Shown one piece after another: positions 28,643 through 40,548 of a stretch of 64,000 nucleotides of DNA. The notes under the pieces are model-generated. The model saw only the letters and a list, made by a program, of their open reading frames with translations, was not told the origin of the DNA and searched no databases. Position numbers and translations under genes: made by a program. Within the stretch, counting starts at the first letter, position 1, and each line of letters starts with the position of its first letter. Origin of the DNA: Eledone cirrhosa. Taxonomy: Eukaryota. The stretch is from positions 202,864,001 to 202,928,000 of the forward strand of contig OZ024741.1 of assembly GCA_964016885.1 (NCBI GenBank), given 5' to 3'.

Positions 28643-30521
28643 AAAGGTAGTAGCGAGATGACATTCTTTCGCAGCTGGCAACAATGTGGCTTACGTCCTC
28701 GATCTTTGTTTTACATAGCCTACATTTATTGTCAGCTGCTGACCCTCCTCTTTTGTGCAGCAGATATTTGGTAGGGAGTTCTTGTTCCTGTATTGCATAG
28801 AGATATCCCTCAAGGTGTGATGTCATAAACTTGTCGGAACGCCATGCCAGGCTTTTTGAGTGGTTTATCCCCTCTATGGTCTGTGTTTTACGCCTCAAGT
28901 ATCCATGCAGAACCTTTTCTGTAAATTGGTCAATTTTTTCATCTTGTTTGAACATTGAATAGGATCTTCCGATTTCTCTGGGTGAGAGATTTATATGAGG
29001 CTTTATTCCATATCTCTCCTCCAGATCAGTCGCTATTCTAATGATATTTTTTTTTATGCTCATAAACTTGGGCAAGATGGTTGCCAACCTTTTTCCTCTG
29101 TTGAAGGTGTTGCTTCAGTGTTACTATCCGGGTCCCATATGTTGTTAATATGGATTTTAGACCCCGGCCACCTTCCTTGCCTGAGAAGTATAACCTATCC
29201 ACATCACCATTGATGTTAAAGTTCCCAGTAACACTGAGAAGTTTGCGAGTTCTAACATCCATCTCACTTAGTTCTTGCAATGACCAGTTCAGCAGACCAA
29301 ATGTTGGCGTTAGTATTGGCACAGCATAAGTATTGTGGGCAATGTATTTGTTGTATGCTGACAGTTCTGATAACCATATTTTCTTTACTCTTCTGAGGTA
29401 TTCAGTTCTGGTTCTCTCCTTTTTTTATGGGTCCATCATATCTGACATTCTCGTCCTGTCCAAGATATATGTAGTTGTCACCTGACTGTAGAGGTTGTAT
29501 TGTCAGGCCGTTCATCTCTAGATTTCTAGAGGAGGGCACAGCTCTTCCACGTTTTACTGCCAAATATGCACACTTGGACTCACCAAATTTCATTTTGATG
29601 TCTGTTGAAAATTGTGTAATGAGGTCCAATTGTTTCTTGATGTCATTGATATTTGGCCCATACAACTTCAGGTCATCAACAAAGAAAAGATGGGAGATAC
29701 TTCTGGACCCACCCCTTTGTCCACCTTGTTTCCTGAGTAGGTAAGATAGTGGATTTAGTGAGAGAGCGAAGAGTAGCACTGACAAGCTATCACCCTGAAA
29801 GGTGCCATTCTGGTAATGTATCTTATCAGTCTTAACTTGCTCCTTCTCACCTCTAAGGATCAAATTGGTGTACCAGTTCTTGGTCAGGCGTTCAACAGCA
29901 GCTACCAATGGTTGTGGGACTTTGACTAACTGTAAAGCCTTAATAATCCACCCATGAGGTACACTATCAAATGCTTTTTGATAGTCCAGCCACACCACAG
30001 TCATGTTTCTGCGATTCTTTGTTGTTTTTTCCTGAATCATTTTATTAGTTAGTAGGTGATCTATGCAACCCCACACCCCCCTCTTTCCACCAGCTTGCTC
30101 GGGTGTTTTGATGTTGTTGGTAGCACAGTGATCCTGTAAGAACAGGTTAAGGCACCCAGTATATAATTTATACATGATATTTTGGCAGGCTATTGGGCGG
30201 TAATTTTTAGCAAGGGTGGTTTGGCTATTTTGGGGAATGAGGAGAGTAGTGGCAGTTGATAACCATCTGGGCAGTTCTTGTGTGCCTTTAATGTTTCTGT
30301 AAACAGCCGTATGAGATCTTGACGATAGAAAGTGAAATTCTTCAACCAGTATCCTGTAATGAGGTCTGGGTCTGGTGATTTCCTATTCGACATTTTCTGT
30401 AGAGCTGTTTCCAGTATTGACCCATCTATGTCATATTGTTTTGTCTGGACATGTTGGCAGAAGTCCTGTTCCAGTTCTTTTAGCCAATTAGTTTATCTGT
30501 TGAATCCGTCATCCGTTTCCC

Positions 30522-30522
<1 letters not shown>
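28643..30522 (-). mobile_element. R4/Dong-like REL LINE, RT plus CCHC zinc knuckle, frameshifted
   Basis: WLDYQKAFDSVPH, QGDSLS, HLFFVDDLK, GGRGL, AIQEQ..CRLC..EDVSHIVASC. Confidence 0.92.
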
Positions 30523-30552
<30 letters not shown>

Positions 30553-30628
30553 TGTATGTATGTATGTATGTATGTATGTATGTATGTATGTATGTATGTA
30601 TGTATGTTTGTATGTATGTATGTATTAT
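30523..30628. repeat. (TATG)n microsatellite
   Basis: Direct repeat run. Confidence 0.97.
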
Positions 30629-31225
30629 GTCAGGTCACCAGTTGGTGCTACTGGTAACATGTATCCCAGTACAACCTGTCTTATGGTCGGGTCGTTGGCG
30701 ACTAAACTGGCAACCCCACCAAGGTTTCTTGGTGAGGAACATCCTGCAGGACTAAAAACAAAACCTGTCAAAGGGCAAAGGAGTTCTTAAGTGTCAATGG
30801 CCATCCAAAATCACCGGGAGAGATGTCCCCTTAGTCTTTGTCAAGGCAGAATTCTAGGAGAAGGAAAACTCTGATATAACACCTGCAACCCTGATAGTAT
30901 CCAATGATGTTGACTTGTTCTTCTTTTTGGTAAATATCATCTTGGTTAAGAGAGTGGGCTGGCTTTGTGCAGTGCCTTTGCTCACTATAAAAGCTTCACG
31001 GCACAGGCATTGCTTTATATCTGGAGATCTCTCTGCACTTGTCGTCACATGGTACCATGGACCCAGCACTATGTGTCAATAATTGTCACAAGTGTAGTGT
31101 TTGTACCAGAGTTTTCAAGTCGCTGGCTGGACTAAAAAGTCACACTCGTTCAGCGCATTGGTAGGGGTTTCTCCTACATGGATATAAAGTAGTGGCCGTA
31201 CTCTAAAACGAGTTGGCAGCCACCA
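30629..31225 (+). mobile_element. Short internally deleted RTE derivative, copy 1
   Basis: RTE-type 5'UTR motif CTAGGAGAAGGAAAACTCTGA fused to terminal zinc finger CSVCTRVFKSLAGLKSHTRSAHW* (31093-31164); (TATG)n on both sides. Confidence 0.75.
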
Positions 31226-31286
31226 TGTATGTATGTATGTATGTATGTATGTATGTATGTATGTATGTATGTATGTATGTATGTAT

Positions 31287-31894
31287 GTCAGGTCACCAGT
31301 TGGTGCTACTGGTAACATGTATCCCAGTACAACCTGTCTTATGGTCGGGTCGTTGGCGACTAAACTGGCAACCCCACCAAGGTTTCTTGGCGAGGAGGGT
31401 GACTTTGGACATCCTGCAGGACTAAAAACAAAACCTGTCAAAGGGCAAAGGAGCTCTTAAGTGTCAATGGCCATCCAAAATCACCGGGAGAGATGACCCC
31501 TTAGTCTTTGTCAAGGCAGAATTCTAGGAGAAGGAAAACTCTGATATAACACCTGCAACCCTGATGGTATCCAATGATGTTGACTTGTTCTTCTTTTTGG
31601 TAAATATCATCTTGGTTAAGAGAGTGGGCTGGCTTTGTGCAGTGCCTTTGCTCACTATAAAAGCTTCACGGCACAGGCATTGCTTTATATCTGGAGATCT
31701 CTCTGCACTTATCGTCACATGGTACCATGGGCCCAGCACTATGTGTCAATAATTGTCACAAGTGTAGTGTTTGTACCAGAGTTTTCAAGTCGCTGGCTGG
31801 ACTAAAAAGTCACACTCGTTCAGCGCATCGGTAGGGGTTCTCCTACATGGATATAAAGTAGTGGCCGTACTCAAAAACGAGTTGGCAGCCACCA
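31287..31894 (+). mobile_element. Short internally deleted RTE derivative, copy 2
   Basis: Near-identical to 30629-31225 but retains 12 extra nt (GGGTGACTTTGG); separated from copy 1 by (TATG)n. Confidence 0.75.
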
Positions 31895-32509
31895 TTTACT
31901 TATGTACGTATGTATATTCTTATATATTTCACATCGGTTAACATATTTGTATGTTGCATTTAATTTAATTTATTTTGTATTTTTAACTTAATTTATATTC
32001 ACATATTTCTAAATATTGTTACGTCACATCCAACGCTTCCTTTTTAATTTTTTACTTTCATTGTTTTGAATTAAGAATTAAGAATTAAGAATTTGGCATG
32101 ATTTTGATATAACGGTGCATTTAAAATAAAGGAAGAACGCCACATTAAATAATTCTAGTACGAGCTTTCCGTATTTTTGTTTATTGAATAATGTATAGGT
32201 GATATACCTACAGTTTGGTATCAGCCAGTCAAATTTGTTTCCTCCCAATCATAATAAAGTGAGGAGTGCGGGACTGTGTCCTGAATATATTTTTTTATCC
32301 CGTTGATAAAATAAGTCGGATTACTTTGAATAAATAATGAATGAATATTACATAATTTATGTACTCAATTTCGTAGCTGTTGATTAAACATATATATTCT
32401 TATATATTTTAAGATTCACTTCTTTTAACATTTTCAAATGTCAATGCCTCCGGTTATGATACAACGGACGCTATATTATAACGCTTATATAAACGTTCAT
32501 ATATTTGCA

Positions 32510-32684
32510 TGGATTGGCAGGTGGTCGGACGCCATGCTTTGACGTATAGAGTTACGGCCCTTGCCATTCTGAGTTCAAATCTCGCCAAGGTTAACTTTGC
32601 CTTCCATCCTTACGGGGTCGATAAAATAAAGTACCAGTAATACACTGGGTATTTGCTGGCCTTGTGCCTAACGTAGAAACAGTT
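32510..32684 (+). mobile_element. tRNA-derived Nin-like SINE
   Basis: GAGTTCAAATCTCGCC..CATCCTTACGGGGTCGATAAAATAAAGTACC. Confidence 0.8.
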
Positions 32685-32733
32685 ATATCATAACTTATAT
32701 ATTGCGTATAATATCAATATGCACACTACACAT

Positions 32734-32773
32734 ACTAGCAGAAAACCACCGAAAGGGTGGTTTTTCTGCTAGT
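32734..32773. repeat. Short hairpin
   Basis: ACTAGCAGAAAACCACC-gaaag-GGTGGTTTTTCTGCTAGT. Confidence 0.7.
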
Positions 32774-33009
32774 TTTCCTAATAACATATTTCATAGAGAT
32801 AATACATTTTTAGAGACGTAGATTAAGACTATCTTTTAGACAACCTCTAGTCATATCGACCACAGAACTTATAATGTTCAAGTCTGATACTTATTTTATC
32901 GATTTTTGTTTTCTCGAACCATTATGTGAAGCGACATAAACGCAAATACGAACATGTGCACCCCCTCCACTCACACACATAAATATAAACGACGGGTTTC
33001 TACAGCAGA

Positions 33010-33170
33010 CCCGTCAACTCTCCCCGCCCGTCGGGGAGATATCTCACCCACTTTGGGGTGGTGAGAGATGTATTTTCTTGTGAAAATGGGTATAGTTTTC
33101 ATTATGTAAAATCTCCCCATTTCGCCTCATTTTCCCCAGTTCTGGGGCACTTTTTTTATGATACTCCCTG
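33010..33170 (+). repeat. Unclassified dispersed repeat (second copy at about 44005-44160)
   Basis: Shared TTTGGGGTGG.TGAGAGAT..GAAAATGGGTATAG.TTTCATTATGTAAAATCTCC. Confidence 0.7.
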
Positions 33171-33454
33171 TTTGGGATTTAGAGCTTGGGAGGTCTATTC
33201 TACTGTTTCTGTCTATCAAATTCCTCTCTCGGGGCATTGATTAAACCGAGGCCATAATATTAGATGACACTTATCCAAGGTACCCCGCAGCTGAACTGAA
33301 CCCAAAACAATAAAGTTGCAAAGCAAGCTCCTTAGCCACACAATAATAAATGGTAAAATGGAATATATCTGTTTAAAAAAACACCGACATGTAAAATACA
33401 AGCTTTTGAAATTTTAAATGTTTTTGTGTCTGTCCACGAATTTCTTTGTTTCCG

Positions 33455-33633
33455 CTTTTCAAATGTATTTATAAAACGTGTGTAGATATATGACTTTGAA
33501 TATATTTGTAAAGCGTGTGTATACATATACGTATATATGACGGTGAATATATCTGTATAACATGTGTATATATATGACTTTCAATGTATTTTTAAAATGT
33601 GTGTAGATATATGACTTTGAATGTTTTTGTAAA

Positions 33634-33678
<45 letters not shown>

Positions 33679-33780
33679 ATATATGACGGTGAATATATGT
33701 GTATAACATATGTATGTATATGACTTTCAATGTGTTTGTATAACGTGTGTAAATATATGAGTGTAAATGTATTTGTCTTC
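33455..33780. repeat. Diverged minisatellite
   Basis: Recurrent GTGTGTAGATATATGACTTTGAAT-like units. Confidence 0.7.
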
Positions 33781-34374
33781 AGACTGTTTATCACTACATT
33801 AGATGATTCATTGAGAAAAAAGATAATATGTTGTTTCTTTCACTTCGTTGATATTGGAGTTAATCCAAAGATTTGATGTTTTTGTTTGATAATCTTGTTA
33901 AATTAGGTATACAGTAAAATACCGTTTTCTATTATTTGAAATACCAGAACATAAATACGAACACTAAATGCTATTCTGTTTATTCTGTATATTCTGTTTA
34001 TATTACAAATCAACATTGTGAATTTCGAATGTGTCAACAACATCTCTTCATTTCAGAAATTCACTGATAATATATGCTATATGCTGCTTAAGCAAACATA
34101 GTTTCTACATGCAACTACAGACCGACACATGCAACTACAGATTGACACACGCAAACTACAGACTGACACCTTTCAGGCGAACCAACGAATGAGACTCTAC
34201 ATGATGACTTGACCTGCAAGAATTAGCAGTCAATTCTCCCTCAAATCCCACTCATAGCGGCTGGGGATGCTCCGTTCTTTGCCTTTACAGCGTAACTGAT
34301 TTCAAAAGAGAGAAAGACAAGTCGAAAGAGAGGGAGGTGGCGGAATGTGTGAGAGAGAAAGGGGAGAGAGACAG

Positions 34375-35930
34375 AAGTAGTAGAATAGTTTCTGCTATTA
34401 AGAACTAGTGTAATAGTATCTACTACTACTGAGAACTGGTACAATAGAAGACACTATTGTACTAGTTCCCAGTAGTAGTAGTAGACACTATTGTACTAGT
34501 TCTCGGTAATAGATATTATTGTACTACTTCATAGTAATCTAGATAGTATCCGATAAAACTAGCTATGCCGGCGTATCTTTCGTCCGTAACCTCGTGCCGC
34601 GTCCTCGTCAGCAGAGTTCTTCAAAACACAACAGAAGCCTCTGTGTTCAGAGAACGTGAGGCCGCCTGTGAGACGTGGGACCGGCTGGGACTTAGCCCAG
34701 TAGACGTCCCTCCTCCTTCTCTCCCTGTTGACGTCAAGTTCCCCCAACGCACTTGGGATGCCATCCAGTGCAGCCTGGCCTCAGACAGGCTCACGCGCCA
34801 GCTCGACCAGCACCGCCTTGCATGGTTTCATGCGGCCTCCAAACACCACAGTGGTGCCTGGCTCCATGCCCTGTCCTCCTTCTCCACTGGCACGCAGCTA
34901 GACAACCATAGCCTGCGAATCGGTGTTTCCCTGAGGCTCGGCCTCCGGATCTGCCAGCCACACCAATATCGCTGCGATTCCACAGTGGACTCTTTCGGCC
35001 TCCACCCGCTTTCCTGTCGCCACAGTGCCGGCCGCATTCCACGCCATACTGCACCCAACGAGGTCATTAAGCATGGCTTGGACGCTGCAGGCTTCCCTTC
35101 CCAGCTCGAGCCGGTGGGGCTGGATCGAGGAGACGGTCAAAGGACAGATAGCATGACCGTCTTCCCGTTCCACGGTGGCAAACCCCTCGTCTGGGATGCC
35201 ACTTGCACCGACACTTTCTGCAGCCGCAACCTGCTGCAGTCTGCGACTGACCCAGGTTCTGCTGTACGTCGGGCTGAGGGGGCCAAACTCCTCAAATACC
35301 GGTCGCTCTCCGACAGGTTTGCGGTCGTTCCCCTGGCAGTAGAGACTTCTGGTGTCCTCGGTCCCAGGGCTACCTCCTTACTCACCACCATAGGCGCTGA
35401 GCTGGCCAGCCGTAGGTGTGAGCCCCGCGAGTTGGAGTGGCTTTTCCAGCGCGTCTCCCTTGCCGTCCTCCGGGGAAACGCCTTCTCCATTCTGTCCGCC
35501 GGGGCTATGGGTGGGCCCCATAGCGTACCAATACATTAGTTAAATACAATTTTTTCATCTGATATATCTCTAAATTATATTTTGTACAATAATATTCGCA
35601 GTTTTGTAATGATTAAAAAAAAAAATTGTACTACTTCTTAGTTTACTACTTCTGAGAACTTGTACAATAGTGTCTACTACTACTACTGCTACTACTACTA
35701 CTACTACAATGGTGTTGACTACTACTGAGAAGTAGTATAATAGTATCTAATACTACTGAGAACTAGTACAACAGTATCTACTACTACTGAGAACTAGTAT
35801 AACACGATCTACTACTAAGAACTAATATATTATTACGTGCTATGAAAATTAGTATAACACTATGTGCTATGAAGAGCTAGTTTATTTGTATGGATTTATT
35901 AGAACTAATATAATAGTCTCTACTAAGACA
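34375..35930. repeat. About 30-bp ACT-rich minisatellite array with an inverted block, interrupted by a CRE element
   Basis: Units like ACTACTGAGAACTAGTACAATAGTATCT at 34400-34450 and 35645-35930; inverted units at about 34452-34535. Confidence 0.75.
34558..35625 (+). mobile_element. CRE-clade non-LTR retrotransposon, 5' truncated (zinc knuckle plus REL endonuclease, poly-A)
   Basis: ORF 34565..35539: SGAWL, LRLG, H.LSC..RH, EP.GL.R.DG.RTD, WDATC, AE..K..KY, PLAVETSG; poly-A 35615-35625; GC-rich. Confidence 0.92.
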
Positions 35931-37648
35931 TAGTTATAATATAACTGTTAAAAATCCATGAGAAGTGAAACATCTTCCATGTGTTTTCATTCGCGAATTA
36001 TTTCCCTGTATTTACATTTTCTTTAGTTTGTCTTTTCTCTGTCCAATAAGTATTTGACATCAGTTTTTTCCCTTTAATTGCCCTACAATTCCAGATCTTA
36101 TGCCTTTCTCTCTGCTATTCCACTGTTATTATAAGCCAGTACAATTTCTTTTTTATTCATTCCTATCTTTTTTGGCAATCCGATTAAATCGCTTTTTAAA
36201 TGTCAACGAAACTTGCATGATGCAGGCTAGTCTGTTTTGTTAAATTGTTTACTTACGGGAGAGCGAACTAATACATCAATTGGTTCAGAGAAAATCTAGG
36301 AAATATTAGGAAGAGAAAGCAAAGCACAGCTTCAGATCTGAGACTTTCGGTTAAGGTAATGAAATAAGCAGATATTTAAAAATCTAGATGTTTATATTGA
36401 CCCCCGCCCCAGTATGGAAGAACAGGACAAATAGCCGACAAAAAAAAAAAAAAAAATGGTGCCTTCTAAATCTGACATATTTGAAAATCCCAAATTATTT
36501 TATTGTAGTCGTTTGACGAATAAGGTAGAATCGTTACGGCGTTGGATTAAAAATGCCTCGGTGTTTGTTCCGGCGACTCACTACACGCAGAGTTCAAATC
36601 ACACCGAGGACAACTTTGTCTTTCATCCTTTCGAGGTTGATAAATAAAGTAACAGTTTAGTACTGGGGTCTATTCTTCCTCTATCTCTATCACTTTCTCT
36701 GTTTCTTGCCCTCTCTTTCTCATGAAGAATTCGGCAGTGTTTAAACCTGGGGAGGAGTGCGTCACAACGGTGCCACTACGACTACCTCAAGAGTTCAGGA
36801 CCCCTTCTTTTCTGTCATCGTTTGATGAATATACTTCTATGTTACAGGATATTATTGGTTTGTCAGCCTTGAATGATGTACTGTGTGATGACAATGTTTG
36901 ATAGTTCATACATTGTTGGTTTGTTAGCTTTGTATAAAATACTGTTTCATGAAAATGGTTCGTAGTTCATAAACCTATTCCTACACATGGCAAAGTATAT
37001 TAGACTATGGCCAAGGTGGGGCAGAGTTACTTTATTGGTTTCAGTCATTAGACTGCATCCATTTCTTTGAATTACAGGTATATTTCTTTTTGCCTGTTGA
37101 GTGAACTGGTGCAACGTGAAATAAAATACTTTGCTCAAAGACAGAACGTACAGTCGAGGTCACAATCTTATGACCATTAGCCAAATACCCTAATCACGAA
37201 GCCACACACCTTCACTCAACAACTGTTGTATTGAAATCAAATTATAGTAGACGGTTATCAGTTAATCCTACCGCTGTTTAAACATTGTGTCTCCATTTGA
37301 TATAATTTTTATCGAAATAAATTAGGCTGATAATACTCTATATCACGCGCTAGATAAAATTAAAGTTAATTAGACTATTTAAATTAATTAATGATATAAA
37401 TTATAATTGATGTTCGGAATAATGATGTGTCAAGATTACCGGTGGATATTTACTAACATGGTTTATTGGACTCACTAATCTAGTTTGTGTACCGGCATGG
37501 CCGTGTGGTTAAGGAGTTCGCCTCGCATCCACATGGTTTCACATTTTCAGTATGGCATTTTGGGTAAGTGTCTTGTATTATAACCTTGGGTTGACTAATG
37601 CCTTGTGAGTGAAATTTACTAGACAGAAACTGTGTAGAAGTTAATCGT

Positions 37649-37701
<53 letters not shown>

Positions 37702-37751
37702 AGTATGTATGTATACGTACATACATATATGTACACAGACGTACAGTAGCA

Positions 37752-37807
<56 letters not shown>

Positions 37808-37961
37808 CATGCAGGTACACATACATATATGCACGCATCAGTTTAGCGGACGCTTATTATAGCGCTTGCTTTGTTCGTTTGTCAACAAACTGAACAGCCT
37901 GAATTTATGCCATACGGTGTTAAGGCAACCACGTCACCTTTTTGTTCAACACTGACACAGG

Positions 37962-38006
37962 AACGATGTACTAGTTTCAAGCTTGTTAGCTATCATCAGC
38001 ACCGTT
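37962..38006 (-). ncRNA. Minimal type I hammerhead ribozyme, unit 1
   Basis: Minus strand AACGGTG CTGATGA t AGCT aaca AGCT t GAAA CTAG TA CATCGTT; 7-bp helix I, palindromic ACTAGT. Confidence 0.8.
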
Positions 38007-38247
38007 TACCCATCTGCCAGATAGTTGAACGTTCGAAAGTATATACTTTCCTTATGAAAATTAACGGCTGAGCAGCCTAATTTGCATATTGAGTGAGTTA
38101 AATCGGTCAGGCATACCGAAAACGATAAGTTGAAAAAAATGAAAACGAAAAACGAAATTTCATTTCTCACTCTTAGTATGGCACTTACTTAAATGTAAGT
38201 ATGTATGTATACGTACATACATATATGTACACAGACGTACAGTAGCA

Positions 38248-38285
<38 letters not shown>

Positions 38286-38439
38286 CATGCAGGTACACAT
38301 ACATATATGCACGCATCAGTTTAGCGGACGCTTATTATAGCGCTTGCTTTGTTCGTTTGTCAACAAACTGAACAGCCTGAATTTATGCCATACGGTGTTA
38401 AGGCAACCACGTCACCTTTTTGTTCAACACTGACACAGG

Positions 38440-38484
38440 AACGATGTACTAGTTTCAAGCTTGTTAGCTATCATCAGCACCGTT
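38440..38484 (-). ncRNA. Minimal type I hammerhead ribozyme, unit 2
   Basis: Identical to 37962-38006. Confidence 0.8.
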
Positions 38485-38725
38485 TACCCATCTGCCAGAT
38501 AGTTGAACGTTCGAAAGTATATACTTTCCTTATGAAAATTAACGGCTGAGCAGCCTAATTTGCATATTGAGTGAGTTAAATCGGTCAGGCATACCGAAAA
38601 CGATAAGTTGAAAAAAATGAAAACGAAAAACGAAATTTCATTTCTCACTCTTAGTATGGCACTTACTTAAATGTAAGTATGTATGTATACGTACATACAT
38701 ATATGTACACAGACGTACAGTAGCA

Positions 38726-38763
<38 letters not shown>

Positions 38764-38917
38764 CATGCAGGTACACATACATATATGCACGCATCAGTTT
38801 AGCGGACGCTTATTATAGCGCTTGCTTTGTTCGTTTGTCAACAAACTGAACAGCCTGAATTTATGCCATACGGTGTTAAGGCAACCACGTCACCTTTTTG
38901 TTCAACACTGACACAGG

Positions 38918-38962
38918 AACGATGTACTAGTTTCAAGCTTGTTAGCTATCATCAGCACCGTT
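38918..38962 (-). ncRNA. Minimal type I hammerhead ribozyme, unit 3
   Basis: Identical to 37962-38006. Confidence 0.8.
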
Positions 38963-39164
38963 TACCCATCTGCCAGATAGTTGAACGTTCGAAAGTATAT
39001 ACTTTCCTTATGAAAATTAACGGCTGAGCAGCCTAATTTGCATATTGAGTGAGTTAAATCGGTCAGGCATACCGAAAACGATAAATTGAAACAAAATGAA
39101 AACGAAAAACGAAATTTCATTTCTCATAAACTGATGCGTGCATATATGTATGTGTACCTGCATG

Positions 39165-39214
<50 letters not shown>

Positions 39215-39334
39215 TGCTACTGTACGTCTGTGTACATATATGTATGTACGTATACATACATACTTACATTTAAGTAAGTGCCATACTAAGAGTGAGAAAT
39301 GAAATTTCGTTTTTCGTTTTCATTTTTTTCAACT

Positions 39335-39367
<33 letters not shown>

Positions 39368-39595
39368 AGCCACTAAGTTACGGGACATAAACGCAGACAC
39401 ATGCGCGTGCGGCGCGCATACACACACACACATTCACCCCACACACATATAAAACGAAATCGACAAAACAAATATCAAATTTGAATAAATTGTACAGGGG
39501 TCAATATAATCAACTAAATCTCAATTATGGTGGCGCCCCGGCACGGGCGCAGTCTAATAGCTAAAAGCTCAGAGAAAAAATAAACAAGCTCAATC

Positions 39596-39745
39596 CTCCC
39601 TGCTCACCACCATCGGTACAGAGTTGGCTATCCATAGGTGTGAGCCTCAGGAGCTGGAATGGCTCTTCCCTCACTATACACCGGGAAAACGGCTTCTCTA
39701 ATATGTCCGCAGGGGCCACAGAGCTGCCAGCGCGTGGGCCCCCAC
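39596..39745 (+). mobile_element. Small 3' fragment of a CRE element
   Basis: SLLTTIGTELAIHRCEPQELEWLF, homologous to the C-terminus of ORF 34565..35539. Confidence 0.75.
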
Positions 39746-39849
39746 TTGCTCACAATAGTAAGAGATGGAGAGAGCGGGAGGGACAGAGGCAGTGACAGTA
39801 GGTGTCCTTTTATGCTCGGACCTGGTATATATATGTGCATATAAGAGAT

Positions 39850-40030
39850 AATTATTTCTACTTTTGGCACAAGGCCAGCAATTAACCAGTGCATTACTGG
39901 TACTTTATTTTATCGACCCCGTAAGGATGAAAGGCAAAGTTGACCTCGGCGGGATTTGAACTCAGAATGTAACTCCATGCGGCAAAGCATGACGTCCGAC
40001 CCTCTACCAATACTGCCAATCCACCGCCCT
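39850..40030 (-). mobile_element. tRNA-derived Nin-like SINE
   Basis: Same family as 17598-17978. Confidence 0.85.
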
Positions 40031-40269
40031 TGTATATAAGAGATAATGAATCTAAAAGCTGTTTTCTGTAAATGGAATTACATTTTATTGGACTACCTTT
40101 TATTTTCTGTATCTATCCTTTTATTAAAAAGAATTACACATTAAAAAAAAAAAAATGATCATGAACTATAACTGTGAAACGTTCTATCATAAACGTAGAC
40201 TGACTCCAATTCAACACTATTCTGGAATAAACACCGGAAGAGAAATATCTGAAGCGTTGACGTGCAGTC

Positions 40270-40548
40270 TAAGTCTACAGTCTGTCTTAGACCAGAAGGC
40301 TCATTTGGCCGGTGCTTATCCCGGTTTCATGGCGTGAAGCGACTGAGAGTACAAGATTCTCCCCTGGACAGGAGGCCAGTCCATCGCAGGGTAAAATCCA
40401 AGCTATTGCTGGTACTCATTTTCAGCTGAGTATACTGGAGCAACGTGAAATGAAGTGTTTTACTGAAGAACACACAACCCAAGAATCGAACCCACAGAAT
40501 TATGATCGTAAGTCCAATACCCTTACCACTAGGCCACATGCCTCCACT
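40270..40548 (-). mobile_element. tRNA-derived CORE-like SINE
   Basis: Homologous to 12035-12330. Confidence 0.75.

Larger units (their letters stand above)
37697..39337 (-). repeat. Tandem array of three 478-bp units plus a terminal inverted partial unit; retrozyme/pseudo-LTR-like
   Basis: Identical small ORFs at 37871, 38349, 38827 mark the 478 period; 39128-39337 is an inverted copy of the unit junction. Confidence 0.95.

Noticed and set aside
31140-31225. HDV-like fold on the minus strand at the 3' end of the 600-bp unit (GGUGGCUG/CGGCCACU)
   Set aside because: No room for P3/L3 and no P1.1; better explained as the 3'UTR hairpin of the plus-strand element
34160-34300. Exon-like segment on minus strand after a pyrimidine tract
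   Set aside because: Stops in all frames; no homology recognised
37871-39027. Three identical 66-aa ORFs as a tandem gene cluster
   Set aside because: Non-ATG start and no recognisable domain; they are the antisense of the hammerhead-bearing repeat unit
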